DNA of 64,000 bases from the human T2T-CHM13v2.0 reference genome, Homo sapiens, in the NCBI RefSeq assembly GCF_009914755.1, contig NC_060937.1; one strand, 5' to 3'. This document shows positions 57,637 through 64,000 of the stretch, one piece after another (position 1 is the stretch's first letter; the number at the start of each line of letters is the position of its first letter). The notes beneath the pieces were generated by a model that was given only the letters and a program-made list of their open reading frames with translations, did no database searches and was not told where the DNA came from. The position numbers were made by a program, and so were the translations under genes.

Positions 57637-59090
57637 TTTTTTTTTTTATTGATCATTCTTGGGTGTTTCTCGCAGAGGGGGATTTGGCAGGGTCATAGGA
57701 CAATAGTGGAGGGAAGGTCAGCAGATAAACAAGTGAACAAAGGTCTCTGGTTTTCCTAGGCAGAGGACCCTGCGGCCTTCCGCAGTGTTTGTGTCCTTGG
57801 GTACTTGAGATTAGGGAGTGGTGATGACTCTTAACGAGCATGTTGCCTTCAAGCATCTGTTTAACAAAGCACATCTTGCACCGCCCTTAACCCATTTAAC
57901 CCTGAGTGGACACAGCACATGTTTCAGAGAGCACAGGGTTGGGGGTAAGGTCATAGATCAACAGGATCCCAAGGCAGAAGAATTTTTCTTAGTACAGAAC
58001 AAAATGAAAAGTCTCCCATGTCTACTTCTTTCTACACAGACACAGCAGCCATCCGATTTCTCAATCTTTTCCCCACCTTTCCCCCTTTTCTATTCCACAA
58101 AACCGCGATTGTCATCATGGCCCGTTCTCAATGAGCTGTTGGGTAACCTCCCAGACGGGGTTGTGGCCGGACAGAGGGGCTCCTCACTTCCCAGTAGGGG
58201 CGGCTGGGCAAAGTCGCCCCTCACCTCCCGGATGGGGTGGCTGGCCGGGCAGGGGCTGACCCCTCACGTCCCTCCCGGACGGGGCAGCTGGCTGGGCGGG
58301 TCTGACCCCTACCTCCCTCCCGGACGGGGCGGCTGCCGGGCGGAGAAGCTCCTCACTTCCCAGACAGGGTGGCTGCCGGGCAGAGGTGCTCCTCACATCC
58401 CAGACGGGGCGGTGGAGCAGAGGCACTCCCCACATCTCAGATGATGGGCGGCCGGGCAGAGACACTCCTCACTTCCTAGATGGGATGGCGGCCGGGAAGA
58501 GGCGCTCCTCACTTCCTAGACGGGATGGCGCTGGGCAGAGACGCTCCTCACTTTCCAGACTGGGCAGCCAGGCAGAGGGGCTCCTCACATCCCAGATGAT
58601 GGGCAGCCAGGCAGAGACGCTCCTCACTTCCCAGACGGGATGGCGGCCGGGCAGAGGCTGCAATCTCGGCACTTTGGGAGGCCAAGGCAGGCGGCTGGGA
58701 GGTGGTTGTAGCGAGCCGAGATCACGCCACTGCACTCCAGCCTGGGCACCATTGAGCACTGAGTGAACGAGACTCCGTCTGCAATCCTGGCACCTCGGGA
58801 GGCCGAGGCTGGCGGATCACTCATGGCTAGGAGCTGGAGACCAGCCCGGCCAACACAGCGAAACCCCGTCTCCAGCAAAAAAATATGAAAACCAGTCAGG
58901 CGTGGCAGCGCGCGCCTGCAATCGCAGGCACTTGGCAGGCTGAGGCAGGAGAATCAGGCAGGGAGGTTGCAGTGAGCTGAGATGGCAGCAGTACAGTCCA
59001 GCTTCGGCTCGGCATCAGAGGGAGACCATGGAAAGAGAGGGAGAGGGAGACCGTGGGGAAAGAGGGAGAGGGAGAGGGAGAGGGAGAGGG
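57637..59090 (-). mobile_element. Full-length SVA retrotransposon (antisense; probably SVA_B-D type)
   Basis: On + strand: poly-T, then SINE-R (tttattgatcattcttgggtgtttctcgcagaggggg...), GC-rich VNTR (ctcctcacttcccagacgggg, ~58140-58650), Alu-like domain (~58650-59020) and (GGGAGA)n hexamer ending at 59090. Confidence 0.97.
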
Positions 59091-60419
59091 CAGGTGTTTT
59101 TCATTCATTCCTCTGAAGCACATGGTGTTTTCATTTCTAATTTGTGGAAGAATTTAGTGCAAAACTTGGAGCACAATTATTAGGGCCAATGACAACCCAC
59201 ATATGTGGAATTTTGAGGACTTTTGCAGATTTTATGGATTTGGTGCAGTTCCACAGCAAACTATAAAATTATTATTGCAGACTAAAAGATTGTAAAAGTT
59301 AAAACACAAACTATCTGAATTACAGCGCCCAGCAAAACGTGCAAGAAACAGTTAAGTCATCACGCACATCCCTATCATTTGGTATTCTAATGCTTCGTTT
59401 AGCTAAATATTTTTTATCAGCTTTTTGTCTTAATAATTTCTGGAAATAGGATGATAATTTTGTTTTCACAGTTGGTGATTGTATATGGACAGAAGGTATG
59501 AAAGAGGATGAGATTTCTAACTTTCAGATAAAAAGTTTGGCATATTCTATTAGTTCCACCTCATTAATTTTATTACTTATTTTTTTCAGTTCTTATTTTG
59601 TTTCATTTTTGAATATGGTATCTGCTGTATGTTGATAATGGTGAGTTAAAAATTTATCAGCTGCAGCCATACATCTGTCTGTTTTTTGTTTTATATATAT
59701 ACACTTTGGGGCTTTTTTATTTGGTATATTAAAGTTTATTCATGTCATATCTTTATTATTAGCTTACCAATTTAACATAATACAATGCTCTTTTAACTCA
59801 ATAAGAGACTTTAAATACTACATAGCCTGCAATTATATTACCAAATCTGCTTTTCTTTTGTATATATTTAATTAGTTACAATGTACCCAATCCTTAATTT
59901 ATGCCCCTCTAATCCAGCTTTCGGTTGTTTCTAGGCAGCAACATCTTGTAACATTGTGTTGTTGGATTTTATTTTAATTCAACTTAAGACACGGTAAACA
60001 TAGATAGTGGAATTTAAGCCCTTAACACCCAATACCAATTTATTTTGAACTGTTTAAACTCACGATCCTCTACTTCTTTTCCTTGCTTATGGCTTTGTAG
60101 AGGCCGGCGTGCAGCACTAAGAGGGTAAGGAACGCAGTGGGAAATCTCTGAGCCCCATTTAGGGTTGTTGCAAATAGAAAGAGGCCAGGTCCTCTTGCTT
60201 ACTTTGTTGGTGGGGTTCCCTCGCACACTCATGCCTTCTTGAATGCTCATATTCATGCACTTTCACACTCACTTCCCCACGTTCACGCCTCACACAGTAG
60301 TGTATATAACATTTTCTGGTTTTACAGTGTTTAAAACTTAGCCTTTAGGGGTGACTGATGCTTTTCTGGGTAAAATGCTGAGCACTGTGAAGGGACTGCA
60401 TGAGATCAAAAGATCCCCC

Positions 60420-61027
60420 ATCCTGGGAGAAGTTCTGGCTGATTTGGGAGCTGATCCATGGAGAAGTTCTGGTTGATTTGGGAGCTGATCCTTGGAGAAG
60501 TTCTGGTTGATTTGGGAGCTGATCCTGGGAGAAGTTCTGGCTGATTTGGGGGCTGATCCTTGGAGAAGTTCTGGTTGATTTGGGGGCTGAACCTTGGAGA
60601 AGTTCTGGTAGATTTGGGAGCTGAACCTTGGAGAAGTTCTGGTTGATTTGGGAGCTGAACCTTGGAGAAGTTTTGGTTGATTTGGGAGCTGATCCTTGGA
60701 GAAGTTTTGGTTGATTTGGGGGCTGATCCTTGGAGAAGTTCTGGTTGATTTGGGAGCTGATCCTTGGAGAAGTTCTGGTTGATTTGGGAGCTGATCCTTG
60801 GAGAAGTTCTGGTTGATTTGGGAGCTGATCCTTGGAGAAGTTCTGGTTGACTTGGGGGCTGAACCTTTGAGAAGTTCTGGTTGATTTGGGAGCTGATCCT
60901 TGGAGAAGTTTTGGTTGATTTGGGAGCTGATCCTTGGAGAAGTTCCGGCTGATTTGGGAGCTGATCCTTGGAGAAGTTCTGGCTGATTTGGGAGCTGAAC
61001 CTTGGAGAAGTTCTGACTGATCCTTGG
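60420..61027. repeat. 34-bp minisatellite, ~18 copies (GATCCTTGGAGAAGTTCTGGTTGATTTGGGAGCT)
   Basis: Unit starts recur every 34 nt from 60421 to 60999; ORF-track peptides repeat every 34 aa (3 units). Confidence 0.97.
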
Positions 61028-62621
61028 TGAGCATCATGCACTCCTGGGTTTTATCCTCTGCGCATTAGAGAGGTCAGGCCATGAATGGTCCTAGATCAAG
61101 ATGAGCACTGAACTTGGTTATTTTCTTCCTGACTTTCATAACCAACAATCAGTGCATTATCGTTATCTTCTACTCCATGGATTTAAACATCTTGTTTCTG
61201 TATAACAAACCAAACTGTGTACTTTTCACACTACATGTGATTTAAAAATAATGTTCCTAAGTTTTCAGGGGGTGTCTGTTCATCCTCCTGCTGTTCGTAA
61301 TTATGCCAACAGTAGTAGCTACCACTGATTGCATTTCTTTACTGTTCTGACCCTCACTATGTACCCACAGCACCTTACCCCAGCCCCTGCCTAAGGCACG
61401 GGTGTTATTTCTAGTTGATAGATGCGGAACCCGAGGCTCCTGTAGCGAATGAGCATCAGAGCACATATTTAACCCAGCTTTTGGCTCTAGAAGTCCTCGT
61501 TCTTTGTTGTTCAAGGAAGGTGCCATCTGGGACACTGTCTTTCATGCACCAGGTTGGAGAATGGCATGAGTTAGGGAATCAGCCTTTTTGGGAAGGCAGA
61601 AGCTTGCAGAACCCAGGAGGAGAAAAGCCCAGTGTCCCTCATCCTCTCATCTTTGCCATAGAGAAAACATGAGGACCAAGATGTTTTTCTGACCAGTAGC
61701 ATGGACTTGCATTCCACTGGGGCCACTCTGACTTTTACAAAGGGCAAGCCTGAAAGCAAACTTGTCGATGTTGAATGAGATTTCCTCAGTACCAAGCAGT
61801 CTGCATGTGGTGTAGCTGTTTATGAATTGCCTGGGAACAGGAACTGCCCAGAACCTTGGTATCCTGGGACCTGTGGGGAAAAGGGGCTATGAGGATATCA
61901 GTGCTACAGGTCGCTTAGTGTCACATGGTCCCTATTTCCAGGGACCCAGTGTTGAGGATTCTCAGTGAGCATGTGTTTCAGGCAAGTCAGAGCGAGTGTC
62001 TGGAGCCACTTTGTGACAATCCACTTATTGCTCCTTCTACAATCCAGCACTGTTCTCATGTTGTTTGGTAAATTTTGTTTTTTAATATCTCAGCTGGAGA
62101 ATGTGTGTTTTGTGGAAGAAATGACCAACTAGTAGAATGCCTTCCATTTGTAATAAAATCCTTGCTGGGTTTGAGTTAATAGGCCTCCAAGGAAGAGCAA
62201 GTTAAAATAGAACTGGACAGAGTGCTAAATAAAATACTGTCCAGCATAATCTACTGCCCTCAAGGGAGAGAGCCAAATGACTCAATACGGTTTTTCCATC
62301 TTCAATTTCAATAGCCCGATGTCAGGATCAAGCAGCAGAACATGCTGACTACCTCAGTATGCTCCCTGCATTCAAAGTTTCTTTTCCCATGGCCTCTTCT
62401 GCTCCTGTGATGCCATCCCCAAGATGCTTAAAGTGCACAGACATGAAAGTCCTTTTACTAGCATTGCAGATCGGGGGGTAGGTAGTGACGTTCTAAAGGA
62501 ACGAAACAGAATGTGGACCACAGAGAGATCGGCAATTAACACTGCCACCTGTTTTAGTCATTTGTTTGTTTTAATTGGGAGGTTTATATATGGTTATAAT
62601 CTGTCATTTGTATTAATGTAG

Positions 62622-62982
<361 letters not shown>

Positions 62983-63516
62983 TGAAGTTTTTTAGTTCAA
63001 TGATCTTGGCATTTTCAAGATTTGCTATGTAATGACTGCTCCATACCCCTTTCCTATCCATGGGAGTTCAGTTTCAAATGCACTGAGCATTCAAAGTAAG
63101 TCATCCTGGAAACAGCATGTCTGGTGATTTCCTAGTTGGGAAAATCTTCTGTTTAGCTAAGAGGGAAATTGCTATGGTTTGAGAAGAGACATTCTATGGT
63201 GAAATTTAGGGGAGAAATATATTATCTTTACAGGCGTCCTGGATACAAAACCAAACTGCGCTGCGCTCTACATGAAGAACTAATTTTATTGTGGGGTTTT
63301 TTTGTTTTTTTTTATTTTCAGAAAGTCTGAGGCTGATATGAATGGAGTAGAGAAAGAGGGAAGGATGGTAGGAAAACACACCTCATTTTCCAGCCAGTGG
63401 CCATAGCCAGCCTCATCCCCAAGAAGCCTAAACATTTTATACTTGTGTGAGTCTTCATATGAGCACATTCACTTCACTAGGGCTGCAGCGTCCTGGAGAG
63501 ATGAATGGTTTCCATT

Positions 63517-63698
63517 CACAGATGACAACCCTGATGGCCCATACTCAGTGACAGGGATGGTCCACAGCTGACAAACCTGGTGGCCCATACTTAGTGACAG
63601 GGATGGTCCACAGCTGACAACACTAGTGGCCTATACTCAGTGATGAGGATGGTCCACAACTGACAACCCTGGTGGTCCATACTCAGTGACAGGGATGG
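63517..63698. repeat. 46-bp minisatellite, ~4 copies
   Basis: GACAA unit starts at 63524, 63570, 63616, 63662; unit gacaaccctggtggcccatactcagtgacagggatggtccacagct. Confidence 0.93.
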
Positions 63699-64000
63699 AA
63701 GTCCTTCTCCATTTGCCCTTTATTAGAGAGATATATCAGGCTCATTGTGTGGAAGGAAACATTTTCCAATGTACTCCACATGCACTCTGTGATGCTCATT
63801 GTCCTCTGACATGTAATTAAACACTGACACTTTTCTCCTAGCTTTCCTAAATGGCTAATGACAGAGGGGTGGTACCAGCTGCCCCAGGGTAAACTACTGA
63901 GCAAATCTAAAGGTGTGTCTTCTAGTTCCATCTTCTGTTAGAAAAACCAAATGCTCACAAAATGCAATAACAGTTTAAACCACAACTGCTCTCTCACAAT

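Noticed and set aside
57653-59123. ORFs within the SVA
   Set aside because: SVA is non-coding; these are open frames of the SINE-R, VNTR and Alu-like parts.
60420-61027. CRISPR-like array (repeat length in CRISPR range)
   Set aside because: Units are head-to-tail with no unique spacers, there are no cas genes, and the context is primate DNA.
60420-61027. Tandem heat-shock elements in AGAAGTTCT
   Set aside because: GAA and TTC are separated by one base rather than the two needed for nGAAnnTTCn.

Overview
Primate (very probably human) pericentromeric segmental-duplication mosaic with no intact protein-coding gene. (1) About 1-26.3 kb is an AT-rich, Alu-dense unprocessed NCOR1 pseudogene on the + strand. 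It retains the start-codon exon (13009-13186) and the DPAFGGKHE...KKKQ exon (23145-23327), lacks the two exons between them, and has an in-frame TGA at the R190 position. (2) About 27-56 kb is a more GC-balanced, MIR/L2-rich block with the first (28542-28724) and last (53039-53434) coding exons of a heavily diverged, frameshifted barttin (BSND) pseudogene. Between them lie two related (GAT/GGT)n arrays, a ~2 kb ~19-bp-period satellite with an internal inversion, a CpG-rich FAM182-like segment and an ERVL integrase remnant. (3) About 56.4-57.4 kb is a REP522/FAM27-type element cut by an antisense full-length SVA with an apparent 3' transduction and no target-site duplication. (4) The distal part has a 34-bp and a 46-bp minisatellite. 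From memory, the NCOR1P+BSNDP+FAM182/FAM27 content fits the chr7p11 (NCOR1P3/BSNDP4) or chr20p11 (NCOR1P1/FAM182A) duplication family; the exact copy needs an alignment. Nearly all ORFs in the track are Alu, SVA or low-complexity artefacts. I see no evidence of a new functional gene system; the points of interest are structural and evolutionary. Repeat family names and reference proteins are recalled from memory, not searched.
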